Source: Planctomycetota bacterium
GTDB taxonomy: Bacteria; Planctomycetota; UBA1135; UBA2386
NCBI GenBank assembly: GCA_965223545.1
Contig: OZ245006.1
Span: 4,000,001-4,064,000, forward strand
Direction: 5' to 3'
Length of the DNA stretch: 64,000 bases
Part shown: one piece after another, positions 49,198-63,793 of the stretch
Numbering within the stretch: the first letter of the stretch is position 1
How the letters are laid out: the number at the start of each line of letters is the position of its first letter
Notes under the pieces: model-generated
Told to the model about the DNA's origin: nothing
The model's input: only the letters and a program-made list of their open reading frames with translations
Databases searched by the model: none
Made by a program: the position numbers and the translations under genes

Positions 49198-49620
49198 TCA
49201 GTATAGCCGCAGGTAGCTCGCCGGGGTGCGCTGGGTCTCCCGCACGGTCCAGTAGGACTCGGCGGCGGGATCGGGTTTGCGGTGTAGGAGATCCCGGCCG
49301 GTGGCGCGGAACAGCAGACCGACGGGCGTGAACAGGCCGAAGTAGATCAGCGCCAGCAGCACGAACGAGATCACCATGCCGATCGGCAGGGCGATCAGCA
49401 TGAGCACGATGAAGACCGGCTTGATGACCGCGTCGAGTTTGGCGGCGGCGGCCAGGGCCATGGCGATGCCCAGCCCGAGGAAGATCCAGAACGCCGGATC
49501 CACCGGCAGCCAGCCGAACTTGTAGGTGAACAGCCAGCCGATCAGAGGAAAGCCGACGAGGGCGATCCAGCCGAACTGACGCAGCTGCGCGGCGGGCGGG
49601 TTGAAATCCATCTTGATCAT
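49198..49620 (-). CDS. SxtJ-family membrane protein
   Basis: QLRQFG, PIG..IS..LLALIYFGLFTPVGL..GRD.L, SYW. Confidence 0.85.
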   Translation of the reverse strand: MIKMDFNPPAAQLRQFGWIALVGFPLIGWLFTYKFGWLPVDPAFWIFLGLGIAMALAAAAKLDAVIKPVFIVLMLIALPIGMVISFVLLALIYFGLFTPVGLLFRATGRDLLHRKPDPAAESYWTVRETQRTPASYLRLY

Positions 49621-49632
49621 GGCGCGGCTCCG

Positions 49633-51468
49633 TCAGTCCAGGGCGAACGACGACAGGTACTTCTCGCGGTCGATGACCGGCGCGTTCTTCTGCGCGTCAC
49701 GGCAGATGACGAAGTTCTCCAGCACCAGCACGTCCATCTCGGTGCCCCAGAAACAGCGCAGCGCATCGTTCGGCGTGCAGACGATCGGCTCGCCGCGGAT
49801 GTTGAAGCTGGTGTTGATCAGCACCGGGCAGCCGGTCTTCTCCTTGAACTTGCGCATCAGCGCCGCGAGCCGGGGATTGCGACTGTCGTCGACGGTCTGC
49901 AAACGCGCCGAGAAGTCGACGTGGGTGATCGCCGGCACCACCGAGCGGATCTGGTGCAACTTCTCCAGGCCCGACTTGTCGGCGTCGATCGGCTTGCGCT
50001 TCTCGTCGTTGACCGGCGCGACGATCAGCATGTACGGGCTGTTCTGGTCTTTGCGGATGCCGAAGTACTCGTGCGCATCTTCCTCGAGCACGATCGGCGC
50101 GAACGGCCGGAACGACTCGCGGAACTTGATCTTCAGGTTCATCACGCTCTGCATCTTCGGGGAGCGTGCGTCACCGATGATGCTGCGCGCACCCAGCGCG
50201 CGCGGGCCGAACTCCATCTGCCCGTGGAACCAACCGATCACGTTCTCGGTGGCGATCAGCTCGGCGACCCGATCGACGAGCTCGAACTCGTGCTCGTATT
50301 CCTCGAACTGGACGTCCTCGCTCTGCAGCATCGCTCGGATCTCGTCGTTCTCGAACTTCGGCCCGAGCAGGCTGCCGTATTGGCTGTCGAGCGCCGGCTG
50401 CACGTCGCGCGGGTTGTCCAGCAGCTGGTGCCAGATGAACTGCGCGGTGCCCAATGCGCCGCCCGCATCACCGGCGGCCGGCTGGATCCAGATCTTGTCG
50501 AACGGGCCTTCGCGCAGGATGCGGCCGTTGCCGACGCAGTTGAGCGCGACGCCGCCCGCCAGGCAGAGGTTGGACTTGCCGGTGACTTCGCGGGCGTGGC
50601 GCGTGGTGCGCAGCATCACCTCTTCCGTCACCGCTTGGATCGACGCCGCCATGTCCATGTGGAACTGGGTCAGATCGGTCTCCGGCCGGCGTGGATCGGC
50701 GCCGAACAGCGCGTGGAACTTCGGCGACGTCATCCGCAGGCCGGCGGCGTAGTCGAAGTACTGCATGTCGAGCCGATAGCTGCCGTCCTCTTTGAGGTCG
50801 ATCAGGTGGTCGAAGATCTTGTCGCGGTACTTGGGCTCGCCGTAGGGCGCCAGGCCCATCAGCTTGTACTCGCCGGAGTTGACCTTGAAGCCGCAGTAGT
50901 AGGTGAACGCCGTGTAGAGCAGGCCGAGCGAATGCGGGAAGCGGATCTCGCGCAGCATGCGCAGGTTGTGGCCCTCGCCGACGGCGATCGAGGTGGTCGC
51001 CCACTCACCGACGCCGTCCATGGTGAGCACCGCCGCGTCCTCGAACGGGCTCGGGAAGAACGCGCTCGCCGCGTGGCTCTCGTGGTGCTCGGTGAAGACG
51101 AACGGGTTCTTGGGCTTGCCGCCGAGCCCCTTCTTCAAGATGCGCGGGATGTGCAGCTTGTCCCTCAGCCACACCGGCAGCGCCTTGGTGAACGACGAGA
51201 ACCCCGACGGTGCGTAGGCGAGGTAGCTCTCCATCAACCGATCGAACTTCAGCAGCGGCTTGTCGTAGAAGCCGACGAAGTCGAGATCGGAGACCCCGAT
51301 GCCAGCGCGCTCCAGGCAGTACTCCACCGCCTTGGCGGGGAAGTCCGAGTCGTGCTTCTTGCGGGTGAAGCGCTCCTCCTGGACGGCCGCGACGATCTCG
51401 CCGTCGCGGAGCAGAGCGGCGGCCGAATCGTGGTAGAAGGCCGAGATTCCAAGGATGTGCGTCGCCAT
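49633..51468 (-). CDS. O-carbamoyltransferase (CmcH/NodU/SxtI family)
   Basis: ILGISAFYHDSAA, QEERFTRKKHD, EHHESHAASAF, DGVGE, EYKLMGLAPYG, AGGVALNC, EFGPRALGARS, KFRESFRPFAP, NTSFNIRGEP. Confidence 0.95.
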   Translation of the reverse strand: MATHILGISAFYHDSAAALLRDGEIVAAVQEERFTRKKHDSDFPAKAVEYCLERAGIGVSDLDFVGFYDKPLLKFDRLMESYLAYAPSGFSSFTKALPVWLRDKLHIPRILKKGLGGKPKNPFVFTEHHESHAASAFFPSPFEDAAVLTMDGVGEWATTSIAVGEGHNLRMLREIRFPHSLGLLYTAFTYYCGFKVNSGEYKLMGLAPYGEPKYRDKIFDHLIDLKEDGSYRLDMQYFDYAAGLRMTSPKFHALFGADPRRPETDLTQFHMDMAASIQAVTEEVMLRTTRHAREVTGKSNLCLAGGVALNCVGNGRILREGPFDKIWIQPAAGDAGGALGTAQFIWHQLLDNPRDVQPALDSQYGSLLGPKFENDEIRAMLQSEDVQFEEYEHEFELVDRVAELIATENVIGWFHGQMEFGPRALGARSIIGDARSPKMQSVMNLKIKFRESFRPFAPIVLEEDAHEYFGIRKDQNSPYMLIVAPVNDEKRKPIDADKSGLEKLHQIRSVVPAITHVDFSARLQTVDDSRNPRLAALMRKFKEKTGCPVLINTSFNIRGEPIVCTPNDALRCFWGTEMDVLVLENFVICRDAQKNAPVIDREKYLSSFALD

Positions 51469-51648
51469 GGATGCGGTGGAAGGGCGGGACGAAGGGCGGA
51501 GAAGAATACCGAAATCGCGGCGGGTGGGCGGGGGCGCCGGCCGCCGTTTTTTCGGTGGACGGGTTGTGCCGTCGCGTTCCCGCCCTGGAGCCGGCCCCGC
51601 ATGGGGCAGTCGGCGCGGCCGGAGCGACAACGAGCCCGTGGGAGATCC

Positions 51649-51679
51649 GCGTAAACCACTGATTCTTATTGGGTTACGC
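51649..51679. promoter_or_regulatory. AT-rich imperfect palindrome containing an IHF-consensus match
   Basis: GCGTAAACCACTGATTCTTATTGGGTTACGC; the minus strand reads AATCAG-TGGT-TTA (WATCAR-N4-TTR). Confidence 0.4.
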
Positions 51680-51693
51680 TTGTGCCGCTGGCC

Positions 51694-53265
51694 TCATCGC
51701 CGGCGCCGAAACAAGAAGTAGTGGTGGCCGTCTCCACTCGAGACGCGCTCGACTTCTCGAAACTGCGGCGAGGCCGCCAGCCAGGCGAGCAGCTCGGCCT
51801 GCAGATCCGCGGTCGGCAGGTGGGCGACGCCAGCGGTGTCGGGCTCGGTTGCGATGATCAAGTCCGCTGTGCTCGCGCGGTCTCGATACGCGGCCGCGTT
51901 CGCGGCGAGGGGGCACGGCCACCAGGCGGTCTCCGGCTTGCCTTCGGCCAGACGCCACCAGCTGAACAGCAAGTGGTTCAGCGTCCCGATCGAGGTGAAG
52001 AACTCCCTCGCCCTCTCTCCCTGGCGCTGGCTTTCCACCGCGTCGAACAGCGCGCGCATGCCCGCGCGCAGAGCCGGGCCCGGGCGGTCGACGTCATCGC
52101 GCCACGGTGTTCGGAAGCCCGCGACCGCAATGACGGCGGCGAGGAGCACCACCGCGTGACCGCGGCGCGGTCGGAGATGGCCGGCGCCGATCTCGCGCAG
52201 AACACCGCGCATCATCGCCAGCAAGCCGAACAGGACCAGCACGTGGAACGTCCCGCCGAGGAACGGGTTCTTGATGTGGTTGAAGGTCGGCACGGCCCAC
52301 GCGACCACCAACACTGCGAGGAATGCCGCGATGTGGCGCAGCGCGGCCCAGCGGCGGCGCAGCGAGCACCACACCACCGTCGCCGACAGCAGGAGCGCGG
52401 CCGCGACCGCGTGCCCGCGCAGCATCAGGCGACCCGCATCGCCGAACACGTAGTAGTCCAGCCGCTTGCCCAGCGGGAGTGGGAGCTCACCGGTGGCCCG
52501 GCCGGCGCCCCAGGTGCCCATGCGGATGTAGTCCACCACCGCGCCGCCGTGCACGGCGTAGTAGGGCGCGGCGAAGGCGAGGGCGAGACCGCACAGCGCG
52601 CCGGCGCGCCACAGCGCCGGCCGCGGAGGATGCCGGCCGTGGTCGCGGAGAATGACCGCCGCGCACGCAACCAACAGCAGCAACAGAGTTAATGGGAAAA
52701 CCGAGGGTTTGGCCAGCAGCGCCGCGGCAAAGCAGGCGGCGGCGGCCGCGATCGAGCGCGCAGAGCGGGTGGCAAGGGGCCTGGACTGCACCGCGACGAC
52801 GCCGCAGGCGGTGAGCAGCGCGCAGCCGAAGTCGGGCCGGAGCACGTAGACCATCCACGCGACCCAGGGCGCGGTGACGGTGACCGCCAACGCCAGCAGG
52901 GCGGCCCACAGTGGCTGCGCGCGAAACAGCCAGGCCACCGCGGCGAGGAGGCCGAGCACCAAGACGCCCTGCGCTGCGTAGGGCGGCCACTCCGCGACTC
53001 CGAAGAACAAGAAGCCGAGCACGGTGAGCGCCGAGGTCAGCGGTGCGTGTGGCTGCAGCTCGACCGCCTGCGCCGCGACGCCGGCCCAACCCTCGTCCTG
53101 CAGGCACCGATACCGCGCGCCGTCGACCAGGTAGACGATGTCATCGAACGCCGGGGCGGCGGCGAGCCGGCCGCGGTCCAGCGAAGCGCCGACGACCCAC
53201 GCCGTGAACACCACCGAGAGCGCGGTGATCGCGCCGATGATCCACCAGCTCCGTCGCGTCAGCAT
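51694..53265 (-). CDS. Multi-pass membrane protein, GT-C (ArnT/PMT-like) glycosyltransferase
   Basis: 'FDDIVY' after TM1, 'HAPL', 'RPD', 'LAKPS' and many TM helices; start uncertain. Confidence 0.65.
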   Translation of the reverse strand: MLTRRSWWIIGAITALSVVFTAWVVGASLDRGRLAAAPAFDDIVYLVDGARYRCLQDEGWAGVAAQAVELQPHAPLTSALTVLGFLFFGVAEWPPYAAQGVLVLGLLAAVAWLFRAQPLWAALLALAVTVTAPWVAWMVYVLRPDFGCALLTACGVVAVQSRPLATRSARSIAAAAACFAAALLAKPSVFPLTLLLLLVACAAVILRDHGRHPPRPALWRAGALCGLALAFAAPYYAVHGGAVVDYIRMGTWGAGRATGELPLPLGKRLDYYVFGDAGRLMLRGHAVAAALLLSATVVWCSLRRRWAALRHIAAFLAVLVVAWAVPTFNHIKNPFLGGTFHVLVLFGLLAMMRGVLREIGAGHLRPRRGHAVVLLAAVIAVAGFRTPWRDDVDRPGPALRAGMRALFDAVESQRQGERAREFFTSIGTLNHLLFSWWRLAEGKPETAWWPCPLAANAAAYRDRASTADLIIATEPDTAGVAHLPTADLQAELLAWLAASPQFREVERVSSGDGHHYFLFRRRR

Positions 53266-53518
53266 GTGGGTCGTCCACCCGCGACTCGACGATCGGCCGG
53301 GCGCCATTGTCGCGGACCCGGCGCCCCCGCGGATAGCCGTCGGCGTGTCAACCGTCACTGCGCGCACCTCCCGCGTTCCCCCGTCGCCTCAAACTAGATT
53401 CGGCGAAGGGAAAGTGATGGTCGGGATGGTGTACGGGATCGCATGCGAGCACAAGAGATGGACGAGTTCCAGCTCCCCGGTGCACGCGCACTCGCGCCCG
53501 ATGACCGCGCGCGCGGAC

Positions 53519-53565
53519 TTTCTCACAAGAGTGAAATTGACCCTGCCAGGACGATCTTTTACGAC
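53519..53565 (+). promoter_or_regulatory. Putative sigma-70 promoter and operator for the act operon
   Basis: TTGACC (53537-42)-N17-TACGAC (53560-65), preceded by the imperfect inverted repeat TCTCAC-AAGA-GTGAAA. Confidence 0.3.
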
Positions 53566-53728
53566 GTCTGCCCGCCTGGCTGGACCCTCTCTCGGCGACC
53601 GCAAACTGCCCTCCTTGAATTCGCCAGCGTTCGACTCGCGGTCGCTCCGCAGCCTCGAGTCATCGCGGCGCCAGGGGTCCGGTCTCCTCGGTCGGCACCC
53701 CCGCCCGGGCTCACAGTGAGGACACGCG

Positions 53729-54375
53729 TTGACCGTCATCTTCCCAAAATGGACGAACCACCTCCCCACGATCGCCGCGGTGGGCGGCGTGTTGGGGTTC
53801 GGTCTGGTCGTCGTCGTCGTCACCTTCCTGTTCTCGCCGAACTACACCGACGTCGGCTACGCGCCGAAGCAGCCGGTCCCGTACAGCCACAAGCTGCACG
53901 CGGGCCTGCTGGGCTTCGACTGCCGCTACTGTCACCAGAACGTCGAGGACGGCCCGCACGCGAGTGTGCCCAGCACCGCGACGTGCATGAACTGTCACAC
54001 GCAAGTGAAGGCAGAGAGCGAACTTCTGGCTCCCGTGCGGGCGAGCGCCGCGTCCGGTGACCCGGTCGAGTGGGTCAAGGTGCACATGCTGCCCGACTAC
54101 GTCTACTTCGACCACTCGGTGCACGTGAACCTCGGCGGCGAGGCCGCGATCGGCTGCACCAGCTGCCATGGCCGGGTCGACCAGATGGAGGTCGTGCGGC
54201 AGGAGAAGCCGCTGAGCATGAGCTGGTGCTTGGAGTGCCACATGGCGCCCGAGCACCACCTGCGGCCGATCGGCGAGCTGACCAACATGGAGTACGCGCA
54301 CGATCCAGCAGTCGGCGAGCGGCTGAAGAAGGAACTCGACATCAACCCCCCGATCCACTGCTCGGCATGCCACCG

Positions 54376-54379
<4 letters not shown>
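53729..54379 (+). CDS. actA: Alternative complex III pentaheme cytochrome c
   Basis: Five CxxCH motifs (CRYCH, CMNCH, CTSCH, CLECH, CSACH); QPVPYSH.LHAG, LPDYVYFDHS.H; TTG start. Confidence 0.92.
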
Positions 54380-57504
<3,125 letters not shown>

Positions 57505-57508
57505 AGCG

Positions 57509-58936
57509 ATGACCACCTCGATCACCGTTATCGACGAGCCCGAGAGCGCGGTACGGCGCGCTCCGATCGTCGAGGGCACCAACACCCTCGGCACGGTCAC
57601 CGAGACCATCGCCCGGGTCACCGAGTCCGCGACGCCGAAGGGGTGGTACCTCCTGTTCGGCATCTCGGTCGCGTGCTTCCTCAACCTGTTCGCCATGATC
57701 GGCTACCTGATCTGGGCGGGCGTCGGCGTGTGGGGCAACAACATCCCCGTCGCCTGGGGTTGGCCGATCGTCAACTTCGTTTTCTGGATCGGCATCGGTC
57801 ACGCCGGCACGCTGATCTCGGCGATCCTCTTCCTGTTCCGGCAGAAGTGGCGCACCGCGATCAACCGCTGGTCGGAGGCGATGACCATCTTTGCGGTGAT
57901 GGCGGCCGGCATCTTCCCCGCCATCCACGTCGGCCGCATCTGGGTCATCTACTGGGTGTTCCCGGTGCCCAACCAGATGGGCATGTGGCCCAACTTCAAG
58001 AGTCCGCTGCTGTGGGACGTGTTCGCGGTGAGCACGTACTTCACGGTGTCGGTGCTGTTCTGGTACGTGGGCCTGGTGCCCGACCTCGCTACCTACCGCG
58101 ACCGCTGCGTCAAGGCCGGCCGGATGGTGGCGGCGCGCATCTACGGCTTGTTTGCCCTGGGTTGGCACGGCAGCAACCGCCACTGGATCAACTACGAGAA
58201 GGCCTACCTGATCCTGGCCGCGCTGAGCACGCCGCTCGTGCTCTCGGTGCACAGCATCGTGTCCTTCGACTTCGCGGTGTCGATGCTGCCCGGCTGGCAC
58301 ACCACGATCTTCCCGCCCTACTTCGTCGCCGGCGCGATCTTCTCCGGCTTCGGCATGGTGTTGACGCTGCTGATCCCGGCGCGCAGCTGGCTCAAGCTGC
58401 AGGACCTGGTGACGCTGAACACGCTCGACAACATGGCGAAGATCATCCTGCTGACGGGCACGATGGTCGGCTACGCCTACGGGATGGAGTTCTTCATCGC
58501 GTGGTACAGCGGTGAGCCCTACGAGCAGTACGCGTTCATGAACCGTGCCTTCGGCCCCTACGCCTGGGCCTACTGGATCATGGTCTCGTGCAACGTGATC
58601 TCGCCGCAGCTGTTCTGGTTCCGCAAGCTGAGGCGGAGCCCGATGGCGCTGTTCATCATCTCGATCTTCGTCAACATCGGGATGTGGTTCGAGCGCTTCG
58701 TGATCGTGGTCACCTCGCTGCACCGCGACTTCTTGCCGGGTAGCTGGGCCTACTTCTCCCCGACGCTGATCGACATCCTGACGTTCGTCGGCAGCTTCGG
58801 CCTGTTCATGACCTTCTTCCTGCTGTTCTGCCGCTTCCTGCCGATCATCGCCATCAGCGAGATCAAGGGCACGATGGAGGTGGCGGATCCGCACCACGGC
58901 CACCACGGCAACGGCGCGAAGGAAGCCCACGGATGA
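57509..58936 (+). CDS. actC: ACIII NrfD-family quinol-binding subunit
   Basis: [72 protein letters not shown]. Confidence 0.96.
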   Translation: MTTSITVIDEPESAVRRAPIVEGTNTLGTVTETIARVTESATPKGWYLLFGISVACFLNLFAMIGYLIWAGVGVWGNNIPVAWGWPIVNFVFWIGIGHAGTLISAILFLFRQKWRTAINRWSEAMTIFAVMAAGIFPAIHVGRIWVIYWVFPVPNQMGMWPNFKSPLLWDVFAVSTYFTVSVLFWYVGLVPDLATYRDRCVKAGRMVAARIYGLFALGWHGSNRHWINYEKAYLILAALSTPLVLSVHSIVSFDFAVSMLPGWHTTIFPPYFVAGAIFSGFGMVLTLLIPARSWLKLQDLVTLNTLDNMAKIILLTGTMVGYAYGMEFFIAWYSGEPYEQYAFMNRAFGPYAWAYWIMVSCNVISPQLFWFRKLRRSPMALFIISIFVNIGMWFERFVIVVTSLHRDFLPGSWAYFSPTLIDILTFVGSFGLFMTFFLLFCRFLPIIAISEIKGTMEVADPHHGHHGNGAKEAHG

Positions 58937-59472
58937 GCGACACCAAGTACTACGGGGTGGTCGCCGAGTTCGACTCGGCGTCCGCGATCTACCACGCGGC
59001 GGAGAAGACCGTTGCGGAGGGGTATTCGAAGGTCGACAGCCACACGCCGTTCCCCGTGCACGGCATGGACGCGGTCCTGCGCCAGGGGCCCAGCCACCTG
59101 GGCTGGGTGTGCGCGGTGATGGGTGCGCTCGGCATCGGCGGCGCCCAGCTGATGATGTGGTGGATGAACGGCGTCGACTACCCGATCTGGGTGAGCGGCA
59201 AAGAGCCCTACGCCTGGCCGCCGACGATCCCGATCACCTTCGAGTGCATGGTGCTGCTGGCCGCGTTCGGCGCGGTGTTCGGCATGTTTGGCATGAACAA
59301 GCTGCCGCGGCTGCACCACCCGCTGTTCAACCACAGCACGATCCACCGCTGCTCCGACGACCGGTTCTTCCTGTCGATCGAAGCCGTGGACCCCAAGTTC
59401 GACGCACAGCGCACGAGGGAGTTCTTGCAGAGCATCGGTGGCGCACACGTCGAGCTGGTGGAGGAGGCGTGA
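58933..59472 (+). CDS. actD: ACIII subunit D (DUF3341)
   Basis: [30 protein letters not shown]. Confidence 0.93.
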   Translation: MSDTKYYGVVAEFDSASAIYHAAEKTVAEGYSKVDSHTPFPVHGMDAVLRQGPSHLGWVCAVMGALGIGGAQLMMWWMNGVDYPIWVSGKEPYAWPPTIPITFECMVLLAAFGAVFGMFGMNKLPRLHHPLFNHSTIHRCSDDRFFLSIEAVDPKFDAQRTREFLQSIGGAHVELVEEA

Positions 59473-60197
59473 TGGTCTTGCGCAACGCGAGCCTGCTTCT
59501 CTCGGTCGTCGCCCTCGGCGCCTGCAGCGGTGGCATCTCCAAGCACCCGCCGATCCACCCCAACCTCGACATGGACTTCCAGCAGAAGCTGAAGGCACAG
59601 TCGGAGGCGTCGTTTGCCGGATGGACCGATGGTCGCGGCATGCGGCTGCCGGTCGACGGCACCGTGTCCCGCAAGGGTCACGTCGGCGATCCGGCGACCC
59701 TGCTCGCGCGCTACGACCGCGACGGGGACGGAGCGCTGAGTCCGACCGAGGCCGCGACGCTGGCCGTTGGCGGCCGCCGGTTCGCGGTCGGCGATCGCGA
59801 GGGCGATGGCTTGCTGGATGCCGGCGACCTGCAGCTGCTGGCGTCGCTCTACCACTACAAGGACGGCACCGACTTCGTCGTCGACAACGCCCTGCCCGCG
59901 ACCCAGGAGGTCCTCGAGCGCGGCCGCGAGCGGTTCAACATCCACTGCGCGGTGTGTCACGGGGAGAGCGGTGCCGGCGGCATCGTCGCCAGCCGCTGGC
60001 CGAACAAGATCCCGAGCCTGGTCAACGACGTCGACGGCCCGACGCGCGACCGGTTGGTCGCGCTCAAGCACGGCGAGATCGTCGACGTGATCAGCAACGG
60101 CCGCGCTCTGATGCCGGCCTATGGGTCGCAGGTCCACATCGAGGACCGCTGGGCGATCGCCCACTACGTGAAGGCCCTGCAGAAGCACTTCAACTGA
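59472..60197 (+). CDS. actE: ACIII monoheme cytochrome c lipoprotein with an inserted EF-hand pair
   Basis: Lipobox ALGAC, DMDFQ, MRLPVDGTVSR, RGRERFNIHCAVCHG, MPAY..Q...EDRWAI..YV; insert DRDGDGALSPTE / DREGDGLLDAGD. Confidence 0.92.
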   Translation: MVLRNASLLLSVVALGACSGGISKHPPIHPNLDMDFQQKLKAQSEASFAGWTDGRGMRLPVDGTVSRKGHVGDPATLLARYDRDGDGALSPTEAATLAVGGRRFAVGDREGDGLLDAGDLQLLASLYHYKDGTDFVVDNALPATQEVLERGRERFNIHCAVCHGESGAGGIVASRWPNKIPSLVNDVDGPTRDRLVALKHGEIVDVISNGRALMPAYGSQVHIEDRWAIAHYVKALQKHFN

Positions 60198-60204
60198 GCC
60201 AGAG

Positions 60205-61437
<1,233 letters not shown>

Positions 61438-61474
61438 GTTTTCAGCCACCGAGTCTTTCAGCCACGAGGCAACG

Positions 61475-61843
61475 ATGAGTACCGCAACGCACGAGCACAC
61501 CGCGCATGGCACCGGCACTCCTCCTGGCGCACCACCCGCGATCGATCCCGAGCGCGACATCGACGCCACCGCGACGATTCTTTGGCTGGTGATCGGGCTG
61601 GTGTTCGTGGTCGTCACGCTTTGGATCCTGAGTGCGGTCTTCGATGCGTCGCTGCGCGATGAGCAGTTCATCAAGATCGACAGCGTGCCGGCTACCGAGC
61701 TGAGCCAGTTCCGCGCCGCGGAGGCGCAGCTGCTCGCCAACCCGACGTCGGCCCCGGCCGCGGTCGGTGAGCGGCCGATGGCCGAATCCGCCGCGGCGCT
61801 GCGCGCGGCCACCGACGAGATCATTCGCGGCTACGTCCGCTGA
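61475..61843 (+). CDS. Small single-TM protein in the ACIII-oxidase operon (ActG-like position)
   Basis: One TM helix (ILWLVIGLVFVVVTLWIL); lies between actF and the SCO gene. Confidence 0.65.
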   Translation: MSTATHEHTAHGTGTPPGAPPAIDPERDIDATATILWLVIGLVFVVVTLWILSAVFDASLRDEQFIKIDSVPATELSQFRAAEAQLLANPTSAPAAVGERPMAESAAALRAATDEIIRGYVR

Positions 61844-61878
61844 CGCCGACCTCCCCCACCGAACACTTCGCAAACCGC

Positions 61879-62775
61879 ATGCTGCCAGCGCAACGCACCC
61901 CACCGTCGAGACGCCGATCCCGCCGCGCCTGCGCGCGCCGCGGGCTGAGCGTATTGCCGGTCGCGGCGTCGACTCTGGTCGGGGCGACCCTGACCGGAGC
62001 TGCGTGGGCGCAGCACACGGCCGTCGACATGCCGACCCAGGATCTGGCCGTCGAGATCCTGGATCGCCGCGGCACCGAGGTGCCACGCGATCTCGGCTTC
62101 GTCGACGAGAGCGGCCGAAGCGTCGTTCTCGGCGACTACTTCGACGGGCGCCGGCCGGTGATCCTCAACCTCGGCTACTACGGCTGCCCGAGTCTTTGCG
62201 GTGACGTGATCAACGCGATGGTCGACACGCTGCAGGAGATCGGCCTCGAGATCGATGCCGACTACCAGGTGGTGTCGGTCAGCATCGACCCCAAGGAGAA
62301 GCCGCCGCTGGCGGCCGCCAAGAAGGCGTCCTACCTGGCCGTGCTCGATCGCCCGGGCGGGGAGCGCGGCTGGCACTTCCTCTGTGGCGGTGCCGAGGAA
62401 TCGGCGGCGCTGGCCGACGCGGTGGGCTTCCAGTACGAGTGGAACGAGTTCGACCACCGCTGGGACCACGGCGCCGGCTTGTTCGTGCTGTCTCCCACCG
62501 GCGTGCTGAGCCAGGTGTTGCAGGGCGTGCTCTACGAGCCGCGCGACCTGCGCCTGGCGCTGGTCGAAGCCTCCGACGGCGTCATCGGCACGGCGTGGGA
62601 CCGTATCCTGCTGTCTTGCTACTCGTACGATCCGTCCACCGGCTCGTACGACCTGATGGTCTGGACCGTGGTGCGCATCGGTGGTGCGCTGACCGTGGCC
62701 GGCATCGCGCTCATGCTGTTCTTCCTCTGGCGGCGGGAGCGGACGCGCTCGGCGCAGCCGTCCCTCGCCAGTTGA
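61879..62775 (+). CDS. SCO1/SenC-family copper chaperone
   Basis: YYGCPSLC (CxxxC), VSIDP.E, GWHFL, conserved His, 'DLRLALVEASDG.IG', C-terminal TM; start uncertain. Confidence 0.88.
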   Translation: MLPAQRTPPSRRRSRRACARRGLSVLPVAASTLVGATLTGAAWAQHTAVDMPTQDLAVEILDRRGTEVPRDLGFVDESGRSVVLGDYFDGRRPVILNLGYYGCPSLCGDVINAMVDTLQEIGLEIDADYQVVSVSIDPKEKPPLAAAKKASYLAVLDRPGGERGWHFLCGGAEESAALADAVGFQYEWNEFDHRWDHGAGLFVLSPTGVLSQVLQGVLYEPRDLRLALVEASDGVIGTAWDRILLSCYSYDPSTGSYDLMVWTVVRIGGALTVAGIALMLFFLWRRERTRSAQPSLAS

Positions 62776-62796
62776 CCCTTCCTCTCTGAAGATCCC

Positions 62797-63774
62797 GTGT
62801 TCGCCATCCAAGATCCCCAGAGCTGGCTGCCCAAGGCGGCGTCGTCCTTCGCCGACCACATCGATCCGGTCTGGCGGCTGACGTTCTGGCTGTGCGTCTT
62901 CTTCTTCGTTCTGATCACCGGGATCCTGCTCTACTCCGTCCTCAAGTGGCGGCGGCGGACCCCCGAACAGCCGGCAGCGGCGGACACCACCCACAACACG
63001 ATGTTGGAGGTGGTTTGGACGCTGGTTCCGCTGGTCATCATGATGGTGCTGTTCGCCATGGGCTGGCGCGGCGTCAAGGACATGACCGTCGCCCCGACCG
63101 ATTGCCTTCAATACAAGGTGATCGCGGAGAAGTGGAACTGGACCATCCTGCACCCCGGCGCCACCGGCAGCTACGCCGAGCAGGTCGAGGGCTACGCCGA
63201 CCCGCTGCCGGTGATGTACGTGCCGGTCAACACCAACGTCAAGGTGCACTTGCAGAGCAAGGACGTGCTGCACTCGTTTTACGTGCCCGAGTTCCGCTGC
63301 AAGCGCGACGTGGTGCCGGGACGCATGCAGTTCGTCTGGTTCCGAGCGACCGAGCTCGGTGTCTATCAGATCAAGTGCGCCGAGTACTGCGGCGACCGGC
63401 ACTCCTACATGCGCGGTCTGGTCAAGGTCGTCACCCAAGAGGAGTACGACGAGAAGCCGTGGATGGTGATTCCGGACGACCCGATCGAGTACGGCAAGCT
63501 GATCTGGCAGGCGCTGCGCGCCTGCAAGCAGTGCCACACGATTGACGGCTCGGAGGCCATCGGGCCCACTTTCAAAGGGCTGTGGGGCAAGACCGAGACC
63601 CTGGTCGACGGCAGCACCGTGGTCGTCGACCGCGACTACGTCGCCAAGTCGATCCGCACGCCGCAGGCGGACATCGTCAAGGGGTTCGAGAACGCGGGGG
63701 CGATGACCGCCTACAACGACATCACGGAGGCCGAGATCGACGCGATCTGCGCCTTCCTGGAATCCATCAAGTGA
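62797..63774 (+). CDS. coxB: Cytochrome c oxidase subunit II with C-terminal cytochrome c (caa3 type)
   Basis: LEVVWT, DVLHSF, CuA motif CAEYCGDRHSYM, C-terminal CKQCH. Confidence 0.94.
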   Translation: MFAIQDPQSWLPKAASSFADHIDPVWRLTFWLCVFFFVLITGILLYSVLKWRRRTPEQPAAADTTHNTMLEVVWTLVPLVIMMVLFAMGWRGVKDMTVAPTDCLQYKVIAEKWNWTILHPGATGSYAEQVEGYADPLPVMYVPVNTNVKVHLQSKDVLHSFYVPEFRCKRDVVPGRMQFVWFRATELGVYQIKCAEYCGDRHSYMRGLVKVVTQEEYDEKPWMVIPDDPIEYGKLIWQALRACKQCHTIDGSEAIGPTFKGLWGKTETLVDGSTVVVDRDYVAKSIRTPQADIVKGFENAGAMTAYNDITEAEIDAICAFLESIK

Positions 63775-63793
63775 CGTTCAGCGAGCCACCGAG

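Noticed and set aside
48970..51468. Saxitoxin biosynthesis cluster
   Set aside because: No sxtA, sxtG or other core genes; the triad occurs outside toxin clusters.
51527..51553. GC hairpin plus T-run as an intrinsic terminator
   Set aside because: The T-run is on the + strand while the flanking genes are on the - strand, and the stem is weak.
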